DNA of 64,000 nucleotides from Styela clava (GCF_964204865.1 NC_135250.1:26412001-26476000), one strand, 5' to 3'. Numbered from the stretch's first letter, positions 48,811 to 63,780 are shown. The notes: generated by a model not told the origin, from the sequence alone. Made by a program: numbers and translations.

Positions 48811-51800
48811 TCAAGCCCTGTAATTTTCGTAGAAGGTTTCCTTGTTGGCTTGAACACTTGTTGAAGGAAGTGGATGTTCATAACCAGCCATTTCTTCTAA
48901 TACATTTTCGTATGTCGTTCCGGCAGTTTGATGGGTGGAAGTGGTTGCTGAAGATTAATAACATTCTACTAGGGATGGACACTTCAAATATAATATTCGA
49001 ATCGATTCGAATAGTAGATTATTCGAATCGTTTCAGAGCAGAATTTTGAATCGTTGCCATCTTTTTCTTACTTTCCGCCAATGGTGGAGTTCAATTACCA
49101 ATTTTTTATTGTATACATATTTTCTCAATGCCATTCGGACATATGAATTTATGTAGTGAGCGTTTTTTATACTTTGTGAACGCTCCGCAGTTGATCTTAG
49201 GTATGTATTTCATGTTTTCAGTAATTCATTTGTTGTCAGGACCAATTACAATAAAAAAGTCTCATACATTTACATATCTCCCATTGACTCTCAAGTATAC
49301 GAAATTCGATTTGATTCGAAAATAATATTCGATTCGATTCTGAAATCACCAGGTATCCGAAATGCCCAGCTCTACATTCTACTAATACTATAAGCAGAAA
49401 AGTGTGACTTTATACTTGTGTCAGGGTATTAGGTTACTTTGACTATTTGTAGTACTTTTAATACATTGAGTTGTACAATTATAATTCATGCGCAAACAAG
49501 CATGTTGTTTTACAATTGAATCTAAAAATTCAATGAAGGTATTTTGTATTTTGATTGTTCTTTGTTGGTCGAATAACTGTTCAAAGAGCTATTTCAGCTA
49601 GTTTCTGTTTTTTTTTTAGCATTGATATCAACACTGATTGTTCAACTCCGTTGCGTTACGATGGTGTTACAGTTCGTGATAAGCATGCAAACTGCAATTT
49701 TTTAATGTACATTTATATTTTCGATTAATTAGGCAGTTAAAAACCAAGCCCAACACTGCTCATAATTATTGAATAGTGTAATTACAATTTTACCTTGATC
49801 CGATATGGTTTCGTAGTTATGAATTTTTATGGCTTCGTTTTGTTCCATTTCCTCTATCTTGAGCTTAAGTTTACGTATGATCCATCCAGTGATTCCGAGG
49901 AACAACAGAGGGATAATGAAACCAATCACAAAACTCGGGAAGTTGAAAGTAAAAGATTTCTTTTCTGAACAAAAATTCAAATTTAAGCTTTCGAATAAAT
50001 TCAAAATATAACTTTTATTATCTAATCATCTATATTAATCGGAAAATAAATAGGTTATTTCTAGCTATTTGTGATAGAGTTTGTCTAACTCAAGCCTGAC
50101 TTGATCGAATATTGTAATACAAAATGACTTTTACTCCATCGACGATTAAATGACTAATAATTGCGAAAAATATTATTAATTTAACTATAACTGACGACTA
50201 TGAATTCACCTTTTCCCAACGTTATCCGCAAACTTCTTTTGAAGTAAATCTCTTTTTCGGATGGTGTTGCAGAAACGATCGAAATGCTAGAATAAAAGTT
50301 AATAACTTTTACGAAATAGTATTATCATATTTTTGTTATTTTTACATGAAATTCCATAAGTACTGCAAATATTGTATTGGCATGCTATTTGAACATTAAA
50401 TAGATTTTCCAGTAGAAAGTAATTTCATAGTATACAAACATATTGGACATATTTTTTTAAAGTTTTCCTCATTTTAAACAAGTTCGATACAAGACACTAA
50501 CCGAGTCAAGTAATCTGACTGAAACATCGCCTTCATCAATTATACAAAATTATTGTAATATTATTTACATGTTTTTCCATAAAACATATGGGCATCAAAT
50601 TAAGTTATTTCTGCTTTCACAAAGTCCTTTAATCATATTAAAATCACAATTAATATAATACTGCAATTATGGCTTGAATTGCGTAAAATATATACATGGG
50701 TTAAGGAAAAATTTGCGATTCTTTTGATCTTAACGCAGAAAAATGAAGCTATCAAATAACTTATAAATATCGCAAGATTTTGCGGATCGATTGTGTCGAA
50801 ATATAGATTTATTGTAGACGAAAAATGATTCGGATCTTGGGATAAAATGGCAACACAGACAAAATCAAGTCAAATAATATATATTAAACCCAGAACCTGG
50901 GGAAATTTTCTTTATTTAACTTCCGATTTGTCCCGATGAATAAAAAGTCGGTTTCCATAGCCACATCTGACGCTTCAAATCCTGCGATGTCACATTGAGT
51001 TACTGACTCGTCTCCGAGTGTAACGTTTACAGTCTTTTTTTTTATGCTAAAATATAATTATATAATATTTACCCTGACACCCTGTGATACCCTTTGCCGA
51101 TATCAAATTGAAATTATTCATCGAAAAGCATAAATAACTCAGGTAAGCAAAATGGTGGACTATCATGTGGCAATATTTTTGCATTAAATTTACTTCGCAA
51201 CTTGATTTGCCATGGCAATGTATTTTTTCCCATCCGCTGTGCTGTTGAAAGTAATCAAATCATCCATTGTAAATTCAGTGCTTGTTTCAAAACCGTCCTT
51301 GTCAACAAGTACGAATATGCAACTGCAAAGCAAAGTGTATCAATCCTAATTTGTCTATCATACTTAAACCCCAAGTTAGAGATTTGCTTTCATATGTCGA
51401 AATTAACCAATTATATTTGACACTTTATTGTCGTCTATCACATGATCCGGAACTTCAAAATTCAGGAACTCTTAGAAAATCAAATATTTCGGTCAAAATG
51501 GCTGATTGAGATAGTTTGGTTAGTGAACAATATGTGATAACATCTGTAATGCGCTGTCCTTACAAAAGATCATTGATTAAAATAATTGAGCAGACAAAAC
51601 AGACTGTGTTGTACATGTTCATTGTGTTGTACCAATTCTATATTAACGAATAAAAAGCTTAGACCTATGAAACCCAATATTTCAACCAAAGCCTTGCTAT
51701 TTAATTTTGATTTATTGGAAAATTTTCTTTTTTCTGAACCTGCCATGCGTGTACGCCATTTTTTTTTTCAGCAAAATCGATACTCTCAGATCTTATCGTT

Positions 51801-54800
51801 GGGGTACAGGATGCATGGACATATTTTCCAAAAATTGGAGTATTACTATATTGTTTAATAAGCTTAAGACCTCACCTAATAAGACCATTACTTTCATAAG
51901 GCATTTGTATCGTAATATTTATTTCGCCACTCTTGCTGATCCCTGAATCTCCAACAATTTTGGGAGGATGAACCATTGTTGGAGCTGAAAGTGAACTATC
52001 ATTAAAAACCTATTTTAAATAATTGTTTTGTGATAGTGGAATAATTGTATAATATTGTGATGGTAGTATACTTGCTTGCAAGTTAATTTTACGTTTACAA
52101 AACTAGACGAACTTCATTTACATTGATATAGAACTGAATCATGATTGCTTGTAGGACTTCTAGTTGTCGCTATAAATTACAATGAATTAATGTGTTGTGT
52201 CGAAATATTGTATGGCAGTTTTACGAGAAGGCTATCAGAAGACACTCAATGTATATTCAACACGCTAAACGCACTCATATCCACAGAAATAGAGAGAGGA
52301 AACGGTAACGACTTTAATTACCTTTTGAAGTTCCACTACATGAACCACGCACTCTCAAAGATTTACTTGATCCAGCACAACTGAATATCATAACGGACGC
52401 AGAGTACTCTCGATTTGGCTTTGGTTGAAAGTGATACTCACTTGCTGATGTCATGTTTGATACGTTTGAGTCTACCTTTTGTATTTGAGAAGACCGCGAT
52501 GTGACCAGAGTTGAGTTCAAAACCAATTCCTGAAAAATGATCGATGTATTACAAGCCTTGGATATTCGATAATATTATTCTTTTGTTCTTTTAAAAGTCT
52601 TCTTACTATTTCGTTTTACATTTTACATATAATTTATATGCTCGACGTTTTTTCAATTTATCATGTTTCAAGCTTCATCAATGTTCTGCGAAGTGATCAT
52701 ATTTTAGATCTGTTTCGAGCCCCCCCCCCCCCCCCCAAAAAAAATCAGTTTGTCATACTTGCGTCGCACTGCATTTCCCAAGAGTACCGATATTATTATG
52801 ATTTGAAATCACCAGTTTATTATACCTAGGTTGAACTCACAATTACTCTATACACACTTTTGTATTTAACGTAAGCCTATTTCTGAACTCTGTTAGAATA
52901 GTGGTTTATGCAATTTAAATAGTTCGTTTTCGTACCAAAACAGAGAGTAAATAAATAATAAAGGTGAATTATTGACTTACCACGGTATACAATTCTATGC
53001 TTTCTTCATTATCTATATCCCATGATATAATACAGGTTTCATTTTCTTCAATTTGTTTAAAGAAAGCTGATTTTGCGCTTAGAGCTTTTCCTCCTGTTTT
53101 TATGATTGATCGTGCGTACGTGCCGGACTCCAATTCTGTACACGCATCTTTTGATAAGCATGCTTCAATCTGAAAGAAAGAATATTCTTATTTTATCACT
53201 TCTCTAAATGCATAAATCATTATTTACAAGAGTATAGCAATACATAAGAGTGTTATAATATTTTAAAAACGTTTTATTTTCTGATTTGACACATATAAAT
53301 ATATATTTCTTGAAAATTATTTAGTTGAGACCACAAAAATCAAAATTTCAAAATTTTAGTAGTTGAAAATGAAAATGTCTTTCAATATGCAATTGCTTTT
53401 ACGTTTTTTTCATATATTTTGCTGGTTTCTGAGAACAACTGTTTTGCCCCTAATTCTACTAATTCAGAAAAATTTGCCACTCGGGTTTTCTGCTAAACTT
53501 GCCAATTGCATTATACCACAAGGTGCTACATTTGTGTTCATATATTAGGTCACTTCTTTTCTTGATAATGAAGAATCTAGTCTAATTTGGTCGGCTATTT
53601 CTTACCCATATTGTATAAGTTGTATCCGAATCTAAATTACTTATCAATGTCGACTGTGTCAGCGGTTTCAGCGGTGAAACCCATTTTCTTTCTCCCTTAA
53701 GCAATGGTCCTAGTACTGAAATTCTGAGAAAATAAATAATGCTCAAAAAGTAACACGAAATTATAGAAAGGGAACAAGATATAAGTTATTCCAAAACTGT
53801 AGTTTTTCTTGTCTTAATTTGAACAAGCAATTGCTATACTACGGCTCTATGGTGTCTCTTGCTTCAAAACAAAATTTTAAACCTCGGGAAAACTACCATT
53901 AAAAATAGAAAGGTATTGGCAAGAATGGTAAAGCGCTGCTGCTATATTTTTCCTAATCAATTCTTACGCTTCTGATTTTATCAAAAAAAATGAATGTGAA
54001 ATATGAAAGGTTGCAAATTATGACACAACAATACAGGTATCAGATAAGATAACTTCATTGTCACCCAGAAGCCTAATTCATATTACGGATGATATACAGT
54101 CATCCATGACTACAACCAAAACAAAACAATATTACCTAACTAAACTATGAAAACACGTCAATAACATAGGCTATCTTAACGTCACATAAAAATTGGATTG
54201 CTCATAAGAAATAACGGTAAAAAGCGGAATTAAAAAAAAATCAAAATATACTTTCGCTCACAAATTGACTCAGATAAAATGTAGATGACGAGGATAGTAA
54301 GCTCACCTATGAGGAAATCCAACTGCATTTTTGTGAGGTTCCCACGAGATCAACAAATTGGAGTTGCAAGCGTATTTCTGAATATGATTAATTGTTGGAG
54401 TCCCATCAACTGATAAATTTATGCGGTTAGTTAGCAAACGTAGTGGAATATTTTCAAACTGAATAAAAGCTTAATGTCTGAAGGTCAATTGGAATCTTTC
54501 CTGTGATGGAATAGATTTAGAATACATAAAAAGTGGGATATGAGCCGCATTTCGATTTCTGCGTCAACATTAAACACAAGTGTGAGTGGTTAATGAATGT
54601 TGCTATTTCTGTAAGGTGATTACTTTTTATTACTATAAAAATTTCCGTGAGCTCTATAATTTTTTTCTCATTTTTAAGTTTTACGTGATTTCGTCATCAA
54701 AATTTGAGATTGCGCACCATGCGGCGATTCCACCACCGTGTTTCAGAGATCTTGTGGTCAGAGGGAAGTTTTTTGATAAGGAAGACTGCCGGTATTTTTA

Positions 54801-57800
54801 AAGTTTGATACTACTATTTCATGAACTTTGTGTCTATATGTATATGTACTTTTTGCTCTTCTGTTTCGTACGTCATTATTTATATTCGACTAATCTATAG
54901 AGACAATTAGGAATGTTTAGCGCCCTAGTAGTATATATGTGTACCAATATGGAGGTAACAAGTTTTGTTCGATTATTTTACATTAGTTTGTGTGAAGGAA
55001 CTGAATTCTAGGAGCAGGGGGTGTATTCACTTGGCTAACAGAAACAGTCCCCGAACTCGTAATAGAACTAAATCAAGTAAAATAAGAATAAAATTATGGC
55101 CTAATCCTAACCTGGTACTTATCCAACGGGATTACTAAATGTCCTAGTCTAGAAATTACGTGTATATATGAGATAATCGCTACTGTAGCCGAGTAACGGA
55201 ACATGTCTCGTGCATAGGGCTTTAGAATATAAAATCCCAATCAGCCAGTTTCAATTGAAACGGGAATAAACATGAGCCAACAATTTTAATTCAAGGTTAC
55301 CTTCATAATTAATTTTATTTTCTCCATTTTTAACCCAAGACCAACAGGAGTAGTTCCCTGCATATGATATATCTGCGTTTTGTAGATGTAATATTGCTGA
55401 TCCAGATTGCTTTGTTTGATAAACACGCTTGCTAGGATCTGTTGGTATCACGGAACTCGCATAATACCATTCAACATTAGTACCCGGGTTACACCTGGTC
55501 TTAGCACAAGTCATTTGATTTTGACCTGTACTTTGTATTTCCAGATAAGGACCTTGGAACTCTGTTTTAAAAGATATTCTACATCAAAATTGGATTTTAT
55601 TAAATTTATATCACATGCCTGGCTATCACAAGAATATCACAAAATTTACTAACAATGATTATTGTATAATATTCTTGTTTGTATAATGTTTAAAAATAAT
55701 CTACTCATTATAGACTTTTACCATAATTTACTGCAATTATAGGTTACTGTTTGTTTGTATACATTAATCATTTTATATACTAATTATTGGAGAACTGTTC
55801 TTTGATTTTTTTGCTGTACAATTTGGTGTTTTTGTGTAAAGAAACTACAATAAAATTGTATGAGATAATTACAATATCTGGTATATTTCATCACCTTTTT
55901 GGCAAATATAATTGAGTCTTTCCTCGCACGTATAATCTACCCAAAAAGAGTTTCTCAGACCAACAACCAAACAATTCTCAATTCCCGTTCCATGACTGTT
56001 TGGTTCTGTAGCCCCCCTGCATCAGAAAATGAAGAGATGGACTGACAACTCAATAAATGATTTTTGCACATAGTTACAATGAGGTTGCCAATAATTGGCT
56101 AAGAGATTTGTTACTCGTTTATTTGTCATAGAAGTTGAAAAATCTATAAATTTTTTGACAGCTAACCAGTTTTGATATCCTTTCTCTCCTCTCATTATGA
56201 CGTCAGTCCCATCCTGCCATTCCCAATCATCTTCTTTAGCTATGGCGTTGCCTCCAATAAAGAATTTGTCGTTAAATTGATCGATTCTGAATAGGTTGAA
56301 AATTAAAATAATTATTACAGGAAAAATAAGTGTAAACGAATTTTTTTTAATATGATTTAAATTAACTTCGTGCACATGAACAAGGCATGGGGCTCAAATA
56401 TGGGTCAGGAAGCTCTTGTAATGGTATCTGTAACGCAAGTTGGCTAAATATTTGGCAATATCCACGTAAATCAGTGCAGCATATTTCATATCAATGTTTT
56501 AAATCATCCCTACGAACAAGTATTTACAGAATTGAACAGACTCAACATATTTAAATCAATTGTGCGTTACCATATATTGTCGTCCCACTTACATGATTTC
56601 ATACTCGCATTCTAATATTTGAAATGAATTGCGTGGACTATATACCGAATATTCCGGTATTTGAAATATATCCACCGATCCGGTTAAGTCCAAAGTACAT
56701 AAAAAATAGCGCTATTAATGGGATAAAATTAAAGTTTATATTATCCTTGATAAAATAAAATGTTATTTTCTCGTAAACTGTATATGCAACTTACTTGAGT
56801 ACTGGATTTATAACGTCGGTTATTTTTTGATTATCAACTTTGGCGAGATAACCCCCCGCAGATTCACAAGCTGATTTTGCTTCAGTGTAATTTTTCTTTT
56901 CTTTGAAAAACAGAAGTTTGAATCCATCAACACATTCGCTTTTCCACGGCTCTATAAATCGGAAGTAATGTCTGAGAAAACACTTTTTCACTTATGCCCA
57001 ATATTGGAGAAGATGACTTTCAAAATTACAATAGACAGTATATGTAGAAATTGTCGTACAATAATTCAAATAACAAAGAAAGATTTTCAAGTCTTGTTAT
57101 CTTGTTATTTGCGACTGATGTACGAATCGCTATTCAACTATGCAAGGATTGTGTAATATTTGCCATAATATGCAGAACGAGGCAACTATTGTTTATTGGT
57201 TAATTTGTTTTCTGATTTTTCTCTATTTGCCTTGTTATGGTAGTTGGATTATGGTTGGCTGATTAAGTCCTACTTTGGTCAAACGGAACATCACAGTAAA
57301 TATCTTTGACTTGTGGTCAGCAAGACTCTACAATCATTTTGTGAAATATATTCTGAGTTCAGTGTTTTAGATCTTTTATTGCCGAGGAAAGCATATCCAA
57401 TAAATTTTAAAGATTTTTCGAAGATGATTGTAACTAAAATATTTATTCCAACGACTATGTTTGAAAAGTTGAAAAAAAACACTATATCACAAGTACTAAA
57501 ATTTTGTACACCTGAGGTATTTAGTGGTAATAGAAAACAATAAATATTGAAAAAATACTCGAAATAATCACGATATCACCATGACAGGTAACACAATTTT
57601 GTTTTAATCTTAATATTTGCAACTAGCACCAGTATAAACATTTAAGATTTGAAACATATGAGAAATGTGAAAACACTTAATGTTGGCTCTGAAATTTGAT
57701 ATCAAAATATGAACTTAATCCAACACGTAGTAGCCTAAAAATTCGGATAATGATTTTCTGATATACACAGAGGAAATTTTTGTGGGACGGATTATCCATT

Positions 57801-57979
57801 CGAATGATCAATATTTTTCATCCAATAGACAATTTTTGCAAAATTTGCCTTCAAGTAGTAGAAGTATTCCGAAGTTATCAGTGTTACACAAAGTAATTGA
57901 ATAAAGTTAGACGCTTACCTTGACCTGAAGAAATATGCGTAATCGCGAAAAACAAAATTGTCAAAGCTGGTAAATTCAT
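48811..57979 (-). CDS. Type-I membrane receptor, long form (copy 6), inverted paralog of copy 3; 15 exons, 703 aa
   Basis: Exons (high-low): 57979-57919, 56951-56795, 56286-56167, 56016-55895, 55561-55301, 54409-54307, 53723-53606, 53169-52981, 52529-52322, 51984-51876, 51322-51194, 51046-50897, 50286-50210, 49964-49794, 48947-48811. Sum 2112 nt, open frame, same intron positions and phases as copy 3. CTL has EPN..ENC..WVD. Tail NYETI/TTYENV/GYEHP/FYENY. Confidence 0.85.
48970..49374. mobile_element. hAT MITE in the last intron of copy 6
   Basis: Ends TAGGGATGGACA / TGCCCAGCTCTA, subterminal (TTCGA)n repeats, perfect 8-bp TSD CATTCTAC at 48962-48969 and 49375-49382. Confidence 0.85.
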
Positions 57980-60391
57980 CTTGTATTGCCACAAAATGTT
58001 TTTTTCTTAAATGTTCATAGTATGAACATATTAACGTTAATCTAAAACGACTTAATAATGCATTTTAGCATAGGAAATTTTTTTTATTAATATTAAATAG
58101 GATAGAAGCACATAAAATCATCTCTGCTGTGATCGTCAAAGGTAACAAAATATGTAAAAAATGTATTTAATCATAAAATCTTATAGTTGCCACGGACAAT
58201 CAAAATCATAGATTGAACTGCAATTATTAACTGTTTTTAAAATATATGAACTAACTCATTAGACCGTTGCGGCTGACATGAAAAGCACTACACCAAAATT
58301 TAAAACTTTTCCCCGTCTAATCTAACTACATCTTCGTAGCCAGGTAATAATCGCACAGCGAGAATTGTGCTAAATTCATCTATGCGATTCAAAAATCTCA
58401 ATCAAAAGTCTAACCTGTTATTAATTCATTTGAAGAAACCAGCAGACATGCCCTACTACAACATGTTCACTAATTTACCATGTGAAATTAAACTCCTAAA
58501 ATTGGTAATAATGCAACTGTGAATACTTTTCTGAAATGATTCAATAGGCCGACAAAAGCAAAATTTAGAAAAACTGAAAAATCTCAATCCGCAGTCCTGA
58601 TAATATGTGCCTTATTATTTGTGGCTGTGAATCTGAGTTAAATTCTCTTTATTTCTATCTATTGACAGATATTTCACTCTCTGGTTTGTATATACTATTA
58701 AATGAACAGAAAATATTAGCAAGGATACCGAGAAATACGTATACGTGTCGCTTAACTTCATTGCAAATCGACCTTTTATCAAAAGTGAATCAGGCATAAA
58801 CGAATGAAGATTGAGTAGTGTCAATAGTTCAGAATAACAATTTCCGCCTGGATAACGCGTATTGGTAGTCAGGTAGTCAGAATATATGTGTCATCACTTT
58901 GCGTTGAAAGTGTAGAATTTTGAAATGATCACACTAGCAAGTATGCAAAAACCTATTTACGTAATAATTGAGCAGTTAGCCCAGTTAAATGACAGAACAT
59001 CACACGTGATGTAACTTGTCTATCGTGGATTATGACGACTCAGCACCAATTCTCATTTCATTGAAGATTGTATGCATTTCCACGCATTGTGAATTTCCAT
59101 ATTTATTTTATGGAAGTGGAAATCTGACTCGGATGAAAAAACGACGGCATCTGTATAGAATTGCGAATCCATGAATAACAATTGACCATGTCTTGAGTGC
59201 GCAATCATGCCATTTGTGAAGTGTAATACATGACCGCCTACGTAATCATCTCGACCGCCATGCAATACCAGAGTATTTGATAAACTATTTTACAGAAAAC
59301 CATACTTAATATTGAGATATATATGCACAATTTTGGATAATATTTTGAATTCTGATGCGGACCATCAAAGAAAGGCAGTGCCAATTTGTTTGACACCCTT
59401 TTCGCAAAAACGATTGATGCAGTACAGGTTACGTAGTTGTTCGATTACAATTCTTAGTTCAAGATGTATTATTCATGCAGCTTTTTGGGAATATATATTT
59501 GTATATGTTTCTATTTCACCAAGCCAAGAAAATACTGGTATATTGGTACTGGTTTATTGGTAGCCTCAAAAAAATATTGCATATTGCCTTATTATGGTTA
59601 CCGCTCCATACAACTGTGTTTTTTATTCGTATGGCATTACTCTTGGAACTGACAATCATAATAATAATATTCAATGAATTTAAAAGCAGTTTTGATGCAG
59701 CGGAAAATCGACGGCGGAACTCCATCTTTGAAGTACCGTCCCATCAAAAATAGTTATATACCGAATGGCAAAATTATATTTTTGAATAATATCGGGCAAT
59801 GTTATAAATCAAGATCCACTTCAGCATTTTCCAACATTCTTTTATTCAACTGAAGGCGCTTAATCACGATTACATCTAGTAGATTTGTTTTCTAGAATAA
59901 GTCGACAATACCCACTGTATACAAATTACGGTATCGAATTGACTTTGACGTTATCCATGTTTTCACGACAATAAACCTACATTATAATTTTTATGAACCT
60001 CAATCAGCTACCAATGAATAAGTGAATCTTGGTAGAACATAGGAATCAAAGCAATAAGTGTTCTTAACTTCGAAGGTTTGTCCAAAAATGGTTCGTTTAT
60101 CAAATGTTGTATTGAAAACAGCATGATTGTCGAATGTGAGTTTGAAAACTTCCTCCGATGAATAAATCAACGACCGCTGTAACTAATTTTAACGTCTGTG
60201 AACTTTCTGATATAATTTTATTGGCTCAGCTCATCAAAGCCTCAGTAAATAGCGTGAACTACTTGTTACATTGAACAGAATAACAATTATACGTCTGGGA
60301 GTAGTTATAAACACACGTGCTATTACAATATCTTAATGTTTTCTTCGTTTTTTTCTAGCTTGACCCATCAATCAAAGTTAATACTTTGGAA

Positions 60392-61434
60392 CAGTGTTTC
60401 TTAACCTGGGTTCGATCGAACCCCTGGGGTTCGGTGGAGGTGTTCGACGAAAGTCCTCTGAAACCGTTGCATATTAGGAAACTTTTCTATCATCTCGCCT
60501 ACTAAATATGCAAAAATACCTATAGTTCATCTCAGATATCAAACTTACACGTCCAACAATTATTAAATTAACGTTGCTGTGTGTATAGCTTCGCTCAAAT
60601 ATAAGTTTTAGTGGACCTGTCGGTGTTACGCCTTAGATTCCAGTACATTTTATCGAGAACTCAAATCTTCACAGATGTCGTATGCTTGGGTGTGTGTACT
60701 TATCTGTGATATCTATAATATGGCTTTCAAATATCTTAGGTTTGTAAGACAAACAAAGGTGTTTTAAGCTGAATATATGCGTGACCCTTATTCATATTCT
60801 ACCCTACTAATAAAATTTAACTAAGTTTTACGGATAAATCGAAGATAAGCAGTAATTGTACATAAATGAACGCAAAATCAAAGCGTGTTCGAATTTCACT
60901 AAGTGATAAATTTTGCGACGAGCAATACTTCATTGCAGAGCTTTGCCCGAAATTATCATGATCCATTCAGGACAGCCTTCATCTGGTGCCGAGTCATATC
61001 CTATCTCTATTTCCGTAAAAAAAAAAAAATTGAAAACGCTTTTATCCGCATTTCAACCCAGTTAGAAGTTTGAGGACAAACGATTTAAACTACCAACGTT
61101 TATGAGACATATTATCATCTTTCGGATTTTCAAAGTTGCTATTTTTTTTTATCAGTTTTTCGCCTTTTCACCCGCATAACTTATACAACAAAAAAATATC
61201 TGCCTTTCCTGTCACCAACACTATTGTGACAAAACAATGGCTACTTCCACATGGTTATTGATATCTAATATTTTATCACAATGTTCATTTTCTATAACCT
61301 TGCAAGAAATTAGCTTACCCTTCATAAAGGTAGGGTTTGGCACCTAATTTCAACCGTTCAGTACGATGGGGTTCGACGGGAGCTTGCAAAATAGCGCAGG
61401 GGTTCGGCAGGCTCACAATGGTTAAGAACCACTG
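60392..61434. mobile_element. Charlie-like hAT non-autonomous element
   Basis: TIRs CAGTGTTTCTTAACC / GGTTAAGAACCACTG, subterminal GGGTTCG repeats, TSD CTTTGGAA / CTTTAGAA. Confidence 0.85.
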
Positions 61435-61851
61435 CTTTAGAAGGTGAAACACGTCATTGCATTTTTGACATTCATTGATTTAACTCATATTTTAGAAACA
61501 GGCAATTCACAACCATTATTTTACAGCACGCATACATGGCCAGGGCGTATGTTTTAAACAAATTATTTATGATAAAAAACACATCTCTATTACAGCATCT
61601 GTTTTCTATTGAGAACAAATCGGGTTTTCTGCTCCTTTCACCTCATTAAGATTTGCGCTTTACTTAAAAAGGATAAAATATTTTATTTGAAGTTTATGAC
61701 ATAGGATGTTGCTACCTTTGAAAGAATTGTGACTATCACTTACTTAATGTTCGGGACTTTCATTTTGAGTGCGCGCCTATTTAAGATTCCATTGAACCCT
61801 ATTTGTGCGTGCGGCCTTTGACGAATTATTAATATTTTGAAATTTGTTATA

Positions 61852-63108
61852 CAGGGTGTCCATAGAGGCTTTTTACAATTCAAAAATTATTTTAAAGTGA
61901 AATGATGAGGTATCGTACTGAGGGTTGTTTTATGTTAATCGACATTTGATAAAATTTTTATTGACAGTAGAATTTATTGTTTCAGATAAAATTTCTTAGT
62001 TAGAATGTCTTATGTTCAATGATTGAAGAATATGAACCAAACTCCCATAAAATGTCTACTTCTCAATAAAATTGTGTATTGTGTATTCTGGTTCATTGAG
62101 ACAAAATCACATGTTGAGTTCCTGCAAAACTACAGACTTAAGTATGGAAAGAGACCCACCATCACGTTTATGGCATAAGAAATTTATGGGGACAAGGAGA
62201 GTATTCGATACGATACGATAAGGGCGATCAAAAATATCCGAAGAAAACGTCGAGCGTGTAACGCAAGCCTTTTAGCGTTCTACTATGAATTCCATCCATA
62301 CCGCTGCCAGACTATTGAAACTACAACGTTCAACAGTGTACAAAGCCCTATAAAAGAATTCAAGAATTTGCACGCTGCAAAGAGTTTCTGAGAATGAAGC
62401 ATTCCTAAAGCGAATCTGTTTCAGTGGTGAGGCAAATTTTCATGTTTCTGGAAAGTTAAATAAACACAATGTAAGAATTTCGGGATCGGAATCCCCCATG
62501 CGAGTAGAGAACGCCAGCGAGTCCAAAAGTTAATGTTTGATGTGGAATCATGTGCAATGGAATAATTTGGCATTTTTTTAACAAGGCAACCATCAACCTT
62601 TCAACCTACCACTATATACCAACAAGATGGTGCACCACTACACTGGGGACTGCATGTTCGTGAATTTCTCAACGAAACTTTTCCCGACCGATGGATCAGA
62701 AGGGATGGGCCGATTCCATGACCACCACGTTTACCAGACATCACTCCCTGGGCTTCTTTCTTTGGGGTTACGTAAAATATATTGTGTATCGAGCAAAAGT
62801 ACGGTACATGACAAACCTAAAACAAAGAATTCCCAATGCCATTGCCATCGTTGATAAGCTATGCTACAACGAACATGGCAGGAAATTGAGTACCGTCTAG
62901 ATGTGCTTTGTGCAACTAAAGGTGCCCGTATAGAAGTGTATTAAATAAGGTAGTGATATTTTTAAGTAAACGTTTATAAGTGTATTAAATGAGTCAATAA
63001 AAACTTTATGAAATACTGATCAACATAAAACAACCCTCATTGCGATATCTCATCATTTCACTTTGTAATAATAATTTTTAATTGTAAAAAGACTTCATTT
63101 GCACCCTG
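61852..63108 (+). mobile_element. Decayed Tc1/mariner-superfamily transposon (DUF4817-type N-terminus)
   Basis: TA|CAGGGTG... and ...CACCCTG ends with ~100-bp imperfect TIRs. Transposase relics: WFIETKS, CFSGEANFHVSGKLNKHNVRI, QQDGAP, WIRRDGPIP*PPRLPDITP..FFLWGYVK. Many stops and frameshifts. Confidence 0.85.
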
Positions 63109-63582
63109 AATATCGATAATCTGCTTCATATCCCACAAAAGACACACACGGAAAAATATTTATGGATTTTAATTTAATGGTAGTTACAAATATTGAAGTC
63201 CCAAAACAAGTAATTGGAAAATTATTGCAAAATTATATATGTAAGTGGTACATTAATAAAGATATTATTATAAAACAATAAATTACAAAAGCACATATAT
63301 TATCCCAATAACGAATCGGAATCAATATCACATTATTGTCCTTCAAACAGATATGAATGATTTAACCGTTATTTCACATATAAATCCAAGATAATTTCGG
63401 GTTGCAATGAACAATTGGTTTGTACATAATATGTACGGTCGTTTCACGCATTATCTACTTAGCATTACACCACCAAAACTATAGTTTCGCATCTTGAAGT
63501 GAAAGATTTAGTCATACGTTGACGATTTCACAGCATATATAAACGGACATTAATTAAAATGTGAATTATATAATCCATTTTA

Positions 63583-63780
63583 TTTAGAGCTGATTTCCAG
63601 CAAAGATTTTACGAACACAAATAAAATTTCATTAATGTTTACCCATTTAAAAAACATAAAAATTATTAAAATAAAAATTATTAAAATACATATATCGCCT
63701 TTTCATTTTTCATAATGTCTTTCTTGAATTTTATTTTAAAGCTGATTTCCAGCAAAGAGATTACGAACACAAATAAAATT
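63583..63780. repeat. Direct repeat, ~45-bp core, period ~152 bp
   Basis: AGCTGATTTCCAGCAAAGA..TTACGAACACAAATAAAATT occurs twice. Confidence 0.7.

Larger units (their letters stand above)
47470..59040 (-). repeat. Large inverted duplicate of ~14440-29280 (whole long-type gene with both flanks)
   Basis: Collinear reverse-complement homology in exons, introns, upstream region and ~1.4 kb of 3' flank (e.g. TTTCCGCATCGGTT at 47661 vs AACCGATGCGGAAA at 29063). Confidence 0.85.

Noticed and set aside
725-62900. Most short ORFs in the supplied track as stand-alone genes
   Set aside because: They are exon read-throughs into introns, antisense shadows of exons, or chance ORFs in AT-rich and repeat DNA. 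The real coding structure only appears after splicing.
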